DNA of 64,000 nt, from positions 74,462,001-74,526,000 of the forward strand of contig OZ024743.1 in assembly GCA_964016885.1 (NCBI GenBank). The letters run 5' to 3'. The stretch comes from Eledone cirrhosa. Taxonomy: Eukaryota. Shown here in pieces: positions 31,310 through 48,620 of this stretch. Every line of letters starts with the position of its first letter. Position 1 is the stretch's first letter. The position numbers and the translations under genes are program-made. The notes beneath the pieces are model-generated. The model searched no databases. It saw only the letters and a program-made list of their open reading frames with translations, and was not told where the DNA came from.

Positions 31310-31590
31310 CCATCACCATCATCACCATCATCATCATCATTATCATAAGCACAATCATCATCATCATCATCATCATTGTCATTATATATAAATAATATAC
31401 GCCAGCATTCAAATTAATATTACAAATTGGTTTAGATGTTCTTTCGATAATCTGCAAAAGCTGTCGGAATTTTAAATGAATGAAAAAATAACCCAAAGAA
31501 ATTCCAAGAAAACGTTTAAACTCACATTGTTTTCTGTTACTGTCTATCAAATATAGTTATATATTCAAAAATATATAATTAAATACTTAA

Positions 31591-31713
<123 letters not shown>

Positions 31714-32109
31714 AATATATATACACATAGAAACACACAAACACACACACATATATATATATCACAAACTCATACATATATATATATATATTTATAGACA
31801 CACACATATGTGTGTGTATGTGTACACATACAGACACACACATGTATAGATCTGTGTGGGTGTGTGTGTGTGTGTATGCGTGTGTGTGTGTCAGTGTATG
31901 CGAGTGTATACATTCATTATACATATCAATGATAGACAAAAATATGCTACAAAGATATAAATATCAAAACTTTAGTTAATAATTCTAAGCTAAATAATAG
32001 AGAAAATAAAGAATGAGATGTTTTAGAATTAAATGGTTCTGTTGGTGATACATGTGTTTCAATGGACGTAAGTTCCAACTACTCCAGAGTTAACTGAAAC
32101 AAGAGATGA

Positions 32110-32960
32110 GAAGTACAGCCTTATCTACTATAGAAGTACAGCCTTATAGTACTATAGAACTACTAACCTTATAGTACTATAGAAGTACAGCCTTATAGTA
32201 CTATAGAAGTACTAGCCTTATAGTACTATAGAAGTACTAGCCTTATAGTACTATAGAAGTACAGGCCTTATAGTACTATAGAAGTACAGGCCTTATAGTA
32301 CTATAGAAGTACTAGCCTTATAGTACTATAGAAGTACAGCCTTATAGTACTATAGAAGTACTAGCCTTATAGTACTATAGAAGTACTAGCCTTATAGTAC
32401 TATAGAAGTACAGGCCTTATAGTACTATAGAAGTACAGGCCTTATAATACTATAGAAGTACAGCCTTATAGTACTATAGATGTAGTAGCCTTATATACTA
32501 TAGAAGTACTAGCCTTATAGTACTACAGAAGTACTAGCCTTATAGTACTATGGAAGTAGTAGCCTTATATACTATAGAAGTACTAGCCTTATAGTACTAT
32601 AGAAGTACAGCTTTATATACTCTAGAAGTACTAACCTTATAGTACTATAGAAGTACTAGCCTTATAGTACTAAGAAGTACTAACCTTATAGTACTATAGA
32701 ACTACTAGCCCTATAGTACTATAGAAGTACAGCCTTATATACAATAGAAGTACTAGCCTTATAGTACTATAGAAGTACAGCCTTATATACTATAGAAATA
32801 CTAACCTTATAGTACTATAGAAGTACTAGCCTTATAGTACTATAGAACTACTAACCTTATAGTACTATAGAACTACTAGCCTTATAGTACTATAGAAGTA
32901 CAGTCTTATATACAATAGAAGTACTAGCCTTATAGTACTATAGAAGTACTAACCTTATAG
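32110..32960 (+). repeat. ~25-bp minisatellite TAGCCTTATAGTACTATAGAAGTAC
   Basis: About 34 units, each containing the palindrome TATAGTACTATA. Confidence 0.96.
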
Positions 32961-32984
32961 GTTGTAATATATACTAAAGTATGT

Positions 32985-33185
32985 CTCGAATTCGGAGGCT
33001 CACCAGGCCGGTAGAGTTAAGTGGAGTTAAGCGACTGCGAGTACAGGACTCCCACCTGGCAATAACGCCAGTCAATCGCAGGGTTAAAGTTTGTCTCGAA
33101 CCCAGACTCCCTCATGGACAGGACAACAGTCCATTGCAAGGTTAAACCTCCAGCTATCGCTGGTGCTCAATTTCAGCTAAGTATA
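32985..33185 (-). mobile_element. SINE central/3' domain remnant (Deu/Nin/V-domain-like)
   Basis: Minus strand CCTGCGATTGACTGGCG..CCAGGTGGGAGT..AGTCGCTT..ACCGGCCTGGTGAGCC, partly duplicated; family assignment from memory only. Confidence 0.45.
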
Positions 33186-33425
33186 CAGGCGCATGGCTTA
33201 GTGGATAGAGCATTGGGCTTGCAATCGAAAGGTTGTGAGTTCAATTCTTGGACCGGGTGATGTGTTGTTTCCTTGAGCAAGAAACTTTATTTCACGTTGC
33301 TCCAGTTTACTCAGCTGTACAAATGAGATGTTAGGACTGGGATCCCTATCATTAAATCCCCCAAGACACCTCCAACGAGATATACCTTGGAGGAGGCCAG
33401 CTAAACCTGCATAGGTGTTAACTGT

Positions 33426-33508
<83 letters not shown>

Positions 33509-33595
33509 GAGTAACGTGAAATGAAGTGTTTTGCTCAAGAACACAATACACATCCCAGCCCTGGAACCGAACCTACGGCATTATTAACGTACGTC

Positions 33596-33822
33596 AGTGG
33601 CGGTGGATTGGCAGTGGCGATGGATTGGCAGTGGCGATGGATTGGCAGTATCGGTAGCGGGTCGGACGCCATGCTTTCCAGCATAGTTACGTCTCTTTAG
33701 GATCTGATTTCAAATCCCGCCGAGGTTGACTTTGCCTTTCATCCTTACGGGGTCGATAAAATAAAGTACCAGTAATGCACTGGATAATTGCTGGCCTTGT
33801 GCCTAAAGTACAAAACAATTAT
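33596..33822 (+). mobile_element. SINE family A with a triplicated 5' end
   Basis: (TGGATTGGCAGT) x3 followed by the consensus body. Confidence 0.85.
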
Positions 33823-34284
33823 TAACGTACGTTCAAACCCCTTACCACGGGGCTACACACCTCCACATTTGTAATATATACTACACAGAAAATACCTACT
33901 GACAGAAACAGGGAACGGTGTAAGTGTGATTTTACAATTCTTTCTTATCACTTCAGAGTCATTTCTTACATATTGTGTGTATATATATATATTTATCTAT
34001 ACACACACACACAATGTAAGAAATGACTCTGAAGTGATAAGAAAGAAGTGTATCAATCACATATATTTTCAATCACATATATTTTTATTGTTTGACCTGA
34101 ATTACTTGGTTGTTTCTTTGGCTGTGCGGATGTTTTGTTTAACCATCATCTCGGTGTGTTTGGCCTTTAACGTATGTTGTAGCTCTGATTCATTCTGAAT
34201 CATTGAGCGCTTGCCACACATCTCGGAAGTTGTTTTTCGTTAATTCCTAAGCCGAAATACGATTCTCGCTAATTTATATATATA

Positions 34285-34625
34285 TTCACGTTTAAAGATG
34301 GCCAAACTTTCACAGTGAACAACAACTTCACTTGCAGCTCGGAGAACCTGATCTATGTAATCACATGTGGTGGTTGTCGACATAACTATATAGGACAGAT
34401 GGAGTGTCATTAATCAAAAGAATGACCATCCATTGCCAACAAATCCGAGACGTAAACACAAGGAAAATCCCCTTAAGCAGCCACATTGCAGATTGTGCAG
34501 GAATGACTCTCTCAAACTTAAAAATCTTCCCCCTTTACAAGTGCTCCAATTCTTTCACTCAACAACAAAGAATAAATAAGGAAAATCTATTTATTAACAA
34601 ATTTAAACCAAAACTAAATATATAA
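34285..34625 (+). pseudogene. PLE GIY-YIG endonuclease fragment
   Basis: NFTCSSENLIYVITCGGCRHNYIGQ..KRMTIH..RINKENLFINKFKPKLN; adjoins TA on the left. Confidence 0.85.
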
Positions 34626-35444
34626 TCACCCTCATTAGTCCTCCCACACACACACACACTGCAAAGGGATCTGTGACAAATAGACTGTAAAAAATACACA
34701 CACGCGCACCACAACCCTTCCCACCCACACACATATGTACGCAGTTTTATATATGTGTGTTTATGTGTGTGTGTGTGTATGTATGGATCTATATATGTGT
34801 GTGTGTGTGTGTATGCACCACAAAATAAGAGGAAAAAATGACCCATTGCAGAAGCTACTGCAACTGATACTCTGGCCTTCTTTAAAGAATTTTTTTAAGA
34901 AAGAATTTTTTCCTAATGTTTAAACTTTGGAATTCTGAGAATCCTTTGTTTTTAGCCTTTAACTTTTGACAATTTTCTGTATTTTGTAGAAAAAAATGTT
35001 ACTTAAATCCCTCTGTGTGTGTATGTATTTATTTATTTATATATTCACGCACTGTGTCTCGTTTTAAAAAGATTTTTATAGTTTTTTTAAAGTTTTTTTT
35101 CAAAAATTTTTTTTAAGTTTTTGGAAAAGTTTTCTTAATTTTTTTAACTTCTTTAATTTTTAAATTTTGGGATTCTGGGAATCCTTTGGATTTTAGTTCT
35201 TAATTTTTGACAATTTTCTGAATTTTGAAGAGAAAACATTTTTTCTTAGTTCCTCTCCACAAAAGTAGCTGTGACAGACAGGCTGAAAAACATACACAAA
35301 TCCACACGCAACAAACCCACACATACACACACATGTGTTTATTGCTAAATAGACTGTGACAGACAAACTGGGAAAAAATCCACATACATACATATACACA
35401 CACACCCAGATGTGTGTACTGTTGTATATACACCCTCACCCTCA

Positions 35445-35528
<84 letters not shown>

Positions 35529-35799
35529 TTATATATGTACACATACCATCCTACTACAGAATTCAGCTCTCACAATCCCCTATCCCCTCTTGAGCTATTG
35601 ACCACTAGATTAACAATACATTCACAGGATATATTTCAAAACAATTTCCTCCCTGGCAGAAAAACAAGTAAAGTTCTCATTCCACCCAACCTTTCAGTAA
35701 GCAGGATGGAAGAAAATTTATTCAAACATTTGATTTTGATTTTAATTTTAAACCTTTCGTTTTTAACTCCTATCAACTTTTTTTTTTTTTTCACACTCT

Positions 35800-35842
35800 A
35801 GATTTGACAAGATGGATTTTAATACATCGAAACCGGTAATTT
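35800..35842 (+). ncRNA. Type I hammerhead, U3-A8 core variant
   Basis: AGAT-TTGACAA-GATG..CATC-GAAA-ccgg-TA-ATTT. Confidence 0.62.
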
Positions 35843-36140
35843 CTTCATATACTTTATATACATCATATAAACATTTTAAAAGGGAATAGTCCCTCTCATT
35901 TTTTAATAACATTATCTTTTCAATAATGTCACTTTGACGAATCAAAAAAGAAAAACAGACCCTTAAATATATCTCCCGTGCTATTTCCAACTTCATCTTT
36001 TCTCTACATCCACTGTTTTGTATAGAATCCTTACTTCCCTTAAGAGATGTCAACATGAATGGACCTGTTATTTTTATCTAAAGACATTTTTTCCAATTCC
36101 ATCCCGCCCGTCACCTCAATCTATTTTATTTCTCATTCTT

Positions 36141-36176
36141 TCTTCTGATGAAGGACTAGCGTCCGAAACGTTAAGA
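36141..36176 (+). ncRNA. 36-nt minimal type I hammerhead (relative at ~23733-23765, minus)
   Basis: TCTT-CTGATGA-a-GGAC(tagc)GTCC-GAAA-cg-TT-AAGA. Confidence 0.82.
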
Positions 36177-36279
36177 CCCTCCTCCTGCTATATCAAGCGT
36201 TAGCCTAATATATACCTTCCATATACTGTACCGATTGTGTTGTTATTTCTGTTTTCCTTTTACACACACACACACACAC

Positions 36280-36354
<75 letters not shown>

Positions 36355-36361
<7 letters not shown>

Positions 36362-36952
36362 ATACTTGGGGAGGGTCATATTTGTGTAATATTGCCAGAA
36401 TTAATAACAGAACACACTCACTGTTTGGTTGGTTTTCGCTTTTCGCTTCTGTGTCTTTTATATCGGTAATCTAATTTATTCGGTCCTCAATGTTGCCATT
36501 GACTGACCGGCGGTCAAAAATAATACAGATACAATATAGACACAAACACATATATATATAGTCTATCTAAATAAATAAATAGATAAATATATAGACAGAC
36601 TAAATAAAAATGGCGTAGACATACAATGCAGCGGGAGTAAACGATAGCACCACTGATGATGTTTCAGATGTGCAACGAAAGACTCTGATAGACTATATAT
36701 ATGTGTTTGTGTCTATATTGTATCTGTATTATTTTTGACCGCCGGTCAGTCAATGGCAACATTGAGGACCGAATAAATTAGATTACCGATATAAAAGACA
36801 CAGAAGCGAAAAGCGAAAACCAACCAAACAGTGAGTGTGTTCTGTTATTAATTCTGGCAATATTACACAAATATAACCCTCCCCAAGTATAACAATATTT
36901 GTTTCGACACACGATTTCATATAAAAAACCTCGCAAAACTAATTCGTCGCCG

Positions 36953-36955
<3 letters not shown>
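36355..36955. mobile_element. Non-coding fold-back of the 14987-16672 PLE family with tail on the right
   Basis: Arms 36355-36565 and 36688-36898; tail TTGTTTCGACACACGATTTC...; degenerate hammerhead at ~36651-36690. Confidence 0.88.
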
Positions 36956-36996
<41 letters not shown>

Positions 36997-37042
36997 AAGA
37001 TGAATATAAAATGAAAGTGCTTTTATAAAGGAATTTATTAGG

Positions 37043-37160
37043 TATTGACATATGTTTCTGTAACAGACGGAATACCTATGTATCGCTGCTTGCGTAATCA
37101 TATAATGTTAGCAAGTATTCGATAGAAAATGTATAATCAGTTGTCACTTCTTCAGAGATA
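37043..37160 (-). ncRNA. Hammerhead-like motif with a long helix II insert
   Basis: CTGAAGA...~90 nt...GAAA-catatg-TC; helix I imperfect. Confidence 0.5.
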
Positions 37161-37190
37161 TTGGATACATTCCATATATATATATATATT

Positions 37191-37247
<57 letters not shown>

Positions 37248-37327
37248 ACATTCCATATATATATATATATATATATATAGTGAAAGAGTGAAGAATAACT
37301 CGGCTGTACAAAAAGGGTTTTGTTTAC

Positions 37328-37440
37328 AGTATTAACGATTGTTTCATTGATCAGGTGAGTCTAAAGGCCGCTGATCACACGAAGTTGTGTCACTCGACCT
37401 TAAATACAGTGTGCGTCTCTGATTAGATCATCGGAATACT
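37328..37440 (-). ncRNA. Type I hammerhead, U4C core, long helix II
   Basis: AGTATT-CCGATGA-~80 nt-GAAA-caatcg-TT-AATACT. Confidence 0.65.
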
Positions 37441-37802
37441 GGAGGGTGTAACACATCGCATTGGTATTTATAGATACATCGGAGAATCAAGTGATTGAAA
37501 ACAGTAATACCAATAATAAAAGATAACAAACAGTAATAAAAGAATAAAGAAGTAAAAATGAAAATGATAAAGATGTAGAAAAAAAAAAATATATATATAT
37601 ACACATACACAGAAGTATCCACTGTAAGTTGTGGGGTCTATTCTGTATGAAGATCTCAATGTAATCCATATGTTGAAAATGTTGTTTTTTTTGTTGTTGT
37701 TTTTTTGTTTTTTTTTCATTGTTTTAACATATATATACACATATATATATATACATACATATATATATACATACATACATATATATATATATACATACAT
37801 AC

Positions 37803-37839
<37 letters not shown>

Positions 37840-37912
37840 CATATATATATACATATATATACATATATATATACATATATATACATACATACATATATAC
37901 ATATATATATAC

Positions 37913-41055
<3,143 letters not shown>

Positions 41056-41117
41056 ACTATATATATATATATTATTACTATATATATATATATTATTACT
41101 ATATATATATATATTAT

Positions 41118-41184
<67 letters not shown>

Positions 41185-41186
<2 letters not shown>

Positions 41187-41480
41187 AGAAAAAAAGAGAA
41201 TCAGTGTTGCGACCAATGGAATTTATTGGACATATTACAATCGTTTCTTTGGTGACCAGCTCGAGTCACGATCGATGTGATGATCGAACCTAACTTTCGA
41301 TCATCACATCGATCATGCCTCGAGCTAGTTGCCAGAAAAACGATTGTAATATGTCCAATAAATTCCATTCGTCGCAACACTGATTCTCTTTCTTTCTGTA
41401 ATATCATACTCTGCTCTATGAGAGCATCGAGTGCTCAAACGGCCTACCGCATACGGACGCTTTAAGCATCCAACACCAAT
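41185..41480. mobile_element. ~215-bp fold-back plus tail in (TA)n
   Basis: Centre ~41292; GAAA-cgattg-TA half-motif; tail with ACTC..GAGTGCT. Confidence 0.78.
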
Positions 41481-41507
41481 TATATATATATATATATATC
41501 TATCTAT

Positions 41508-41660
41508 GGCGGGTAAAATTTCCGAGATCCATGGACGAGTTCTCTCCCGCGGTCTCTGTCCCTCATTATCGCTGCCATGTCCTGCGTCTCCAACAGACCA
41601 GTGTCTGTCCTTAGGGCATCAACATACGTTAACCTTGGTCTTCCTCTTCTAGTGTGTCCA
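41508..41660 (-). mobile_element. 5'-truncated 3' end of an RTE-like LINE in (TA)n
   Basis: HGHTRRGRPRLTYVDAL..MRDRDRGR; homologous to 12964-13090. Confidence 0.75.
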
Positions 41661-41719
41661 TGTATATATATATAGTGACGAAACATAAGTCAATTGCATG
41701 AACTCATAATCCTTTATTT

Positions 41720-41775
41720 ACTGCTATATATATTTCGATGATAGCCATTGAATGGCTATGACCTCATCAGGCAGT
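41720..41775 (-). ncRNA. Type I hammerhead ribozyme
   Basis: ACTGC-CTGATGA-..ATAGCCAT..ATGGCTAT..-GAAA-tatata-TA-GCAGT. Confidence 0.78.
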
Positions 41776-42378
41776 TAGTCAGTTCTTAGATATGCCAGCT
41801 CTGTGTTTATAGTGTTGATCGTAAAGAGCCTTGGGACATATGAGCTTGTCAGGAATAATTTAATGTTGTCAGCAGGAATAGTCTTGATTCTTATTGGTCA
41901 GTTTGTAGATAGTAGTAGGGTTGGTATTTGACCTCAAAGAGGCAGGTGGTGTTGTAAAGTTCAAACCGTCAGGCAACATGACAATAGTTCCATATGACTG
42001 ATTTTCACAAAAAGCATTCCTGGTCAGATATATATTCAATTAAGGTTAATAGTATGAAATAGATACTACAGGTCATTCTTAAATTGAGGAATTTATGTGG
42101 AGTGGTGCTACTGAAATTTATGGTTAGAGTAGAAAATTTACAAATAAAAAGACTTATGTAGGTTGGCTTGCACGTACACTCACACCCACCTCCACAGACA
42201 CACACACACATCCACACATACAAAATGTGGGATGGTAATACTTAAAATATTAGTTAGAGTCCAGTATTTAGATAGTTTAGAAAATTTAGAAATAAAAGGT
42301 TTATGCTGGTTGACTTGCACATACACTCACACCTACCCCCTCCGAAACTCACACATCCACACACACAAATCCATACAG

Positions 42379-42435
<57 letters not shown>

Positions 42436-42452
42436 CATGTATGTACGCACAA

Positions 42453-42487
<35 letters not shown>

Positions 42488-42491
<4 letters not shown>

Positions 42492-45167
42492 CGAAGGAAA
42501 TATGGTAAGGAACCAGGTGGACCATAACGCACCAAAGTACTCAATACTTAGGGTAGTAGAGTGGGTAATAGGAACGAGTAGGACCGCGACGGCTGGGCTC
42601 AAGCCGTTTCGACGGTTAATTCTGGACTAAATGAAAATTTTTATCCTGGTATATGAATAGCCGAGCTTCTCAGGGGGTAATTCCATATATGGTAAAAGTG
42701 ATTGTCACAAGGATTGGTCAAAAGTTTGTTGTTGAGACACATAATTCTATCATGGCAATTTGTGGAAGGAAGGGGTAGCTGGACCTGCCAGTAGAAGAAA
42801 GAGGGAGAGGGAGTGGAGGAAACCCAGTCGTGCGTTGATAGTGCCAACTACAGCAGGGCAGGAGGTCAAGCAAGTTTACTAGGGAGGAGGAGGGGGAGGG
42901 GGAGGAAGTCGAAACAATAAGTAAATCAATATGGAGTAAATATATAGAAGAATATCAAGAATGTTAAAAATATAAAAAAACAATTTCTGGTTACTATTAC
43001 CTAACCACAGTCATGAAGTCTCTCACTGGTACTGCTAAACTATAGAAAAGTTTACTAGGTGGGACGGAATTGTAGTGAGACCCTTTTAAGAGTTAGTAGT
43101 AATCAACCGAGTATATCTTACGGTGACAGGTCAACAAGTGGGGGGGGGCAAAATACTAAAGAAACTACCACGAAATAATAATTCAGAGTCCCGAAACTAA
43201 TACAAAATAATTGTTTCTAACCTAGGCACAAGGCCAGCAACCACCCAGTGCAAAAAATAAACTAATACGAAATAATAATTCAGAATCCCGAAAATGAATA
43301 CTAATACTATCTCTAAGGGTGCCGCTACGATACAAAAATTCTAGTGCAAACTACATAAATGCTCGTACGAAGTATATGAAAAATTTGATACGGAAAATTA
43401 ATTCAGAATCCCCCCACCCCCCACCCCCCACTCCCCACTCCCCCCAAAAATAAATACTGATATACGAGAAATTAAAGCAGAAATACCACTAAGGAATGTA
43501 GAATGCACGGAAATGGGGCAGCCATCGGATAAGAAAGCAAGTATCTGGGGTCTATCACATCTGCTATAAAAAGTGGAGTCGGCCAATTCTATCATAGAAT
43601 AGGGGATGGGGTGGGGGTACTGAGGCTACAAAGTACCGAGGGGCTGCCGCGGGTGGGCGAGAAAGTGAAAAGGACGACGACAAAGAAGGAGGACTGGGGT
43701 GGAAAGACTAGGAAGGGATTGGGGAAAGAAGGAAATATAGAGGAAACGATAAAAAGATATAAAATAAGATCTTACGTCTACCTTTGCAAGCAGGGGTTAC
43801 CCATTACAAAGTCGGCAAGTGGGATGTTACAGCCCTTGTATGCCCCTCCCACGTCATTATGGGGTTTGAGGGCGAGGTAAGTCCTAAGCAATCTGTGTTT
43901 GCATGCAGTTACCAGTTCGTCTTTCTTGTTTAGGAGTTGGTCCGTCGAAAACAGCATTTGTAAAGTTTCCTCCGAGCATAAATTGCACGGACGGCGTCCT
44001 CCCGTGTAAGAGTTGGCTCTGGACAGGAGGTGCAACTGTCCTGATGGATCCATTTTCCCCCTCGACAACAGATGCAGATATCGTAATGTGATCTACCAGT
44101 GCAACGTGAGGACGGACACCTCCAACAAAGCTTATATAGAATTAACCGCATGTGACTTCAAGACCCGGTTATACCAACACAGACATACTTTCCGAAACCC
44201 GGCCGGCGTCACGCCACCACACTTTCGGTCCACATCTGGGACCTCAAAGATAACAATATTACCTATGATCTTACTTGGAGCTTACTGTTTTAAATATATT
44301 TAAAACTGAATTAATTTTCCGTATCAAATTTTTCATATACTTCGTACGGGCATTTATGTAGTTTGCACTAGAATTTTTGTATCGTAGCGGCACCCTTAGA
44401 GATAGTATTAGTATTCATTTTCGGGATTCTGAATTATTATTTCGTATTAGTTTATTTTTTGCACTGAGTGTTTGCTGGCCTTGTGCCTAGGTTAGAAACA
44501 ATTATTTCGTATTAGCTTCGGGACTCTGAATTATTATTTGGTGGTAGTTTCTTTAGTATTTTGTGCGCCGCCCCCCCCCCCCCCACACACACACACTTGT
44601 TGACCTGTCACCGTAAGATATACTCGGTTGATTACTACTAACTCTTAAAATGGTTTCACTACAATTCCGTCCCACCTAGTAAACTTTTCTATAGTTTAGC
44701 AGTACCAGTGAGAGACTTCATGACTGTGGTTAGGTAATAGTAACCAGAAATTGTTTTTTTATATTTTTAACATTCTTGGTATTCTTCTATATATTTACTC
44801 CATATTGATTTACTTATTGTTTCGACTTCCTCTCCCTTCCTCCTCCTCCTCCCTAGTATACTTGCTTGACCTCCTGCCCTGCTGTAGTTGGCACTATCAA
44901 CGCACGACTGGGTTTCCTCCACTCCCACTCCCTCTTTCTTCTACTGGCAGGTTCAGCTACCCCTTCCTTCCACAAATTGCCATGATAGAATTATGTGTCT
45001 CAACAACAAACTTTTGACCAATCCTTGTGACAATCACTTTTACCATATATGGAATTACCTCCTGAGAAGCTCGGCTATTCATATACCAGGATAAAAATGT
45101 TCATTTAGTCCAGAATTAGCCGTCGAAACGGCTTGAGCTCAGCCGTTGGGGTCCTACTCGTTCCTAT
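42488..45167. mobile_element. Penelope-like element with ~830-bp inverted arms and a split, inverted GIY-YIG domain
   Basis: 42568-43400 is the reverse complement of ~44307-45167; CNC..PLDNRC..NVIYQCNV..AYIELT..FKTRLYQH on +; PCNLCSEET..LLNKKDELVTACKH on -. Confidence 0.9.
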
Positions 45168-45856
45168 ATATATAATATATATATATATACACAGAACATA
45201 CATATATATAAAATATATACATATAATATATATATATATATACATAAAATACACACATACATAAAATATATACACACATAAAACATACATACATACATAT
45301 ATATAAAACACACATACATATACATATATATATAAAATATATACAGAAATATACATACGTATATATAAAATACACATACATAAACATATAAAATATATAC
45401 ATATATACACATGATATATATATATATACCATTTATGTTAGGCTGTTGAAAGAGTTATTCATGTATATAGGTATCGGTTTATATTAAGTTTAAGATCATG
45501 GCGAAAAAAATTCAGTGGTAAGGTTTGACCGACCACCGGGATGCAGGAGAAGGTTTATACGACCGAGTTGATTCAATATATGAAAATAAAGGAACATTTC
45601 TTAAGCGCAACCCAGATACTTAAACCAGTTAACAAAAGAATATATCGGTCATTTTTGTTCTGCATATGAAAAGGGGGTTTTTCCCTGAAATATTAAGTTG
45701 AAATATACCGGGTAAAAAACATTGCTTTGTTTTATCATATTTGTCATCCTTTGCGCTTTATATATTTCTGCTGCATTGTACTGGCTTTCTGAAGTAGTTA
45801 CCAATCAAGTATTACTGACACACAAACACTCCCAAAACACACACACGCATACATAC

Positions 45857-46001
<145 letters not shown>

Positions 46002-46091
46002 CACGTACGAGCATATACATGTTTATGTTTATATATATATATGTGTGTGTGTGTATGTGTGTGTAAAAGGTAAACGGAAATAACAACACAA

Positions 46092-46171
<80 letters not shown>

Positions 46172-46893
46172 GGTGTGTGTGTGTGTGTGTATGTGTGTAG
46201 TTCAAGTAATATTGACTTCACCCTACAGAAAAATAAGTATTTATTTCCAAGATAAGATCTGTTACCGTTTAATTAAAGAACTTAGTAATTAAGATTCGCT
46301 ATTTTAGTATCTATAAATCATAATAGTTCATTCGATCAGGGATGAATCAAATGAAATATATAACGAGATAATATGAGAAAGAATTGGTGGGCTGCTGTAT
46401 GAAATACTGACTTGAGTAACATTGATAACTGTCTAAACTCTATATTCAAAACATAAATTGTCGAGTTAACTATCATACACAGATAAATGACAAATATTGT
46501 AGAAATTATGAGCAGAAGGCTGACATGTGTCTTTAGTATAATTGCCGTAACTGTATAGTCAAAATATATATTTAGTGAAACATAGACAGAAAGTGAGGAA
46601 CATTGCATGAATTAAGAGGAAAGAGAGGATAATTGCTTAAATTATCACCTTTACATATGAACAATGTCCAGGTACAATAACTCTATCTTCTTAGTGTAAT
46701 AATTATCAGCTTTCAAAATTGGATGTTTCTGTTTCAATATAAACAATTTAGTGAAAAACAATCTATCGTGAATTAAACTTTAATACCTCACCTTAAATAT
46801 GTATATGGTGACGTTCTTATAAGCAAATGTCGGTCGAAATCTACACGTATTCACATGTTTGTGAGTTTATGTTTTGTGTGAGTGTGTATATAT

Positions 46894-47604
<711 letters not shown>

Positions 47605-47879
47605 GGGGAGAGAGGGGAGAGAGAGAGAGGGCGATGCGTTATGTCCTTGAGCAAGACACTTTATTTCACGTTGCTCCTTCTACTTGGAGTTGCGACCGAT
47701 AGATAGTATTAGCAATTGGAAAGACCAATGGAAACATTGTTTCCTCGGTCCGATTTGACGACAGTCGATCGACTGTCGATATATATATATATATATATAC
47801 ATTAGTCAGTAGTTTGCGGCCATGCTGTGGCACCACATTAATGTAGTCGATCATATCTCCCTAGTGATTATTTTATTGA

Positions 47880-48620
47880 TCAACATGCTTTGCAGCATAG
47901 AGTTATGGTCCTTTACGTTCTGAGTTCAAATCCCGCCGGTTAACTTTGCCATTCATCCTTACGGGGTCAATAAAATAAAGTACCAGTAATGCTCTGGACT
48001 CAATTTAATCGACCCCTCCCCCCCAAAAAAGTGTTATTCTTGTGGCTAAATCAGAAACCATTAGTTTTATCATCATCATCATTATTATTATTATCAGGGC
48101 AGTGGATTAACAGTAATCGGTGGAGCGTCGGACAACATGCTTTTCGACATATCGTTACGGCCCTTTACGGTCTGAGTTCAAATCTCGTTGAGGTCAACTT
48201 TATCTTTCATCCATTGAAAGTCGATAGAAAGTACCAGTCATGTACTGGCGTCGATTCTTCCTCTATATCTGTTTCTCACTCCCATCCTCTCACTCTCTCT
48301 CTATCCTTCCGATCTGGAGAGGAAATGGACTCCGGCAGGTTCAGAAATGCCCTAGAAACGCCGTGTGTCAATACGTTTCCCTTATGACTCCCTCAGGATT
48401 TATGGGACAAGAGGAAACACAATTCACTGGCTATCAATTGGCAGTATCGATAGAGGGTCGGACGCCATGCTTTGAAGCATGGAGTTACCTCCCTTTATGA
48501 TCTGAGTTCAAATCCCGCCGAGGTTAGATCGGCCTTTCATCCTTACAGGGTCGATAAAATAAAGTACCAGTAATACACTGGGATAATTGCTGGCCTGGTG
48601 CCAAAATAAGAAACAATTAT
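47880..48620 (+). mobile_element. Three SINE family A copies
   Basis: Consensus matches at ~47880, ~48096 and ~48438. Confidence 0.82.

Noticed and set aside
32110-32960. CRISPR-like periodic palindromic array (also 985-1425)
   Set aside because: No unique spacers, no cas genes, eukaryotic context
33188-33262. tRNA gene-like sequence
   Set aside because: It is a SINE head continuing into a SINE body, with several diverged copies in the window
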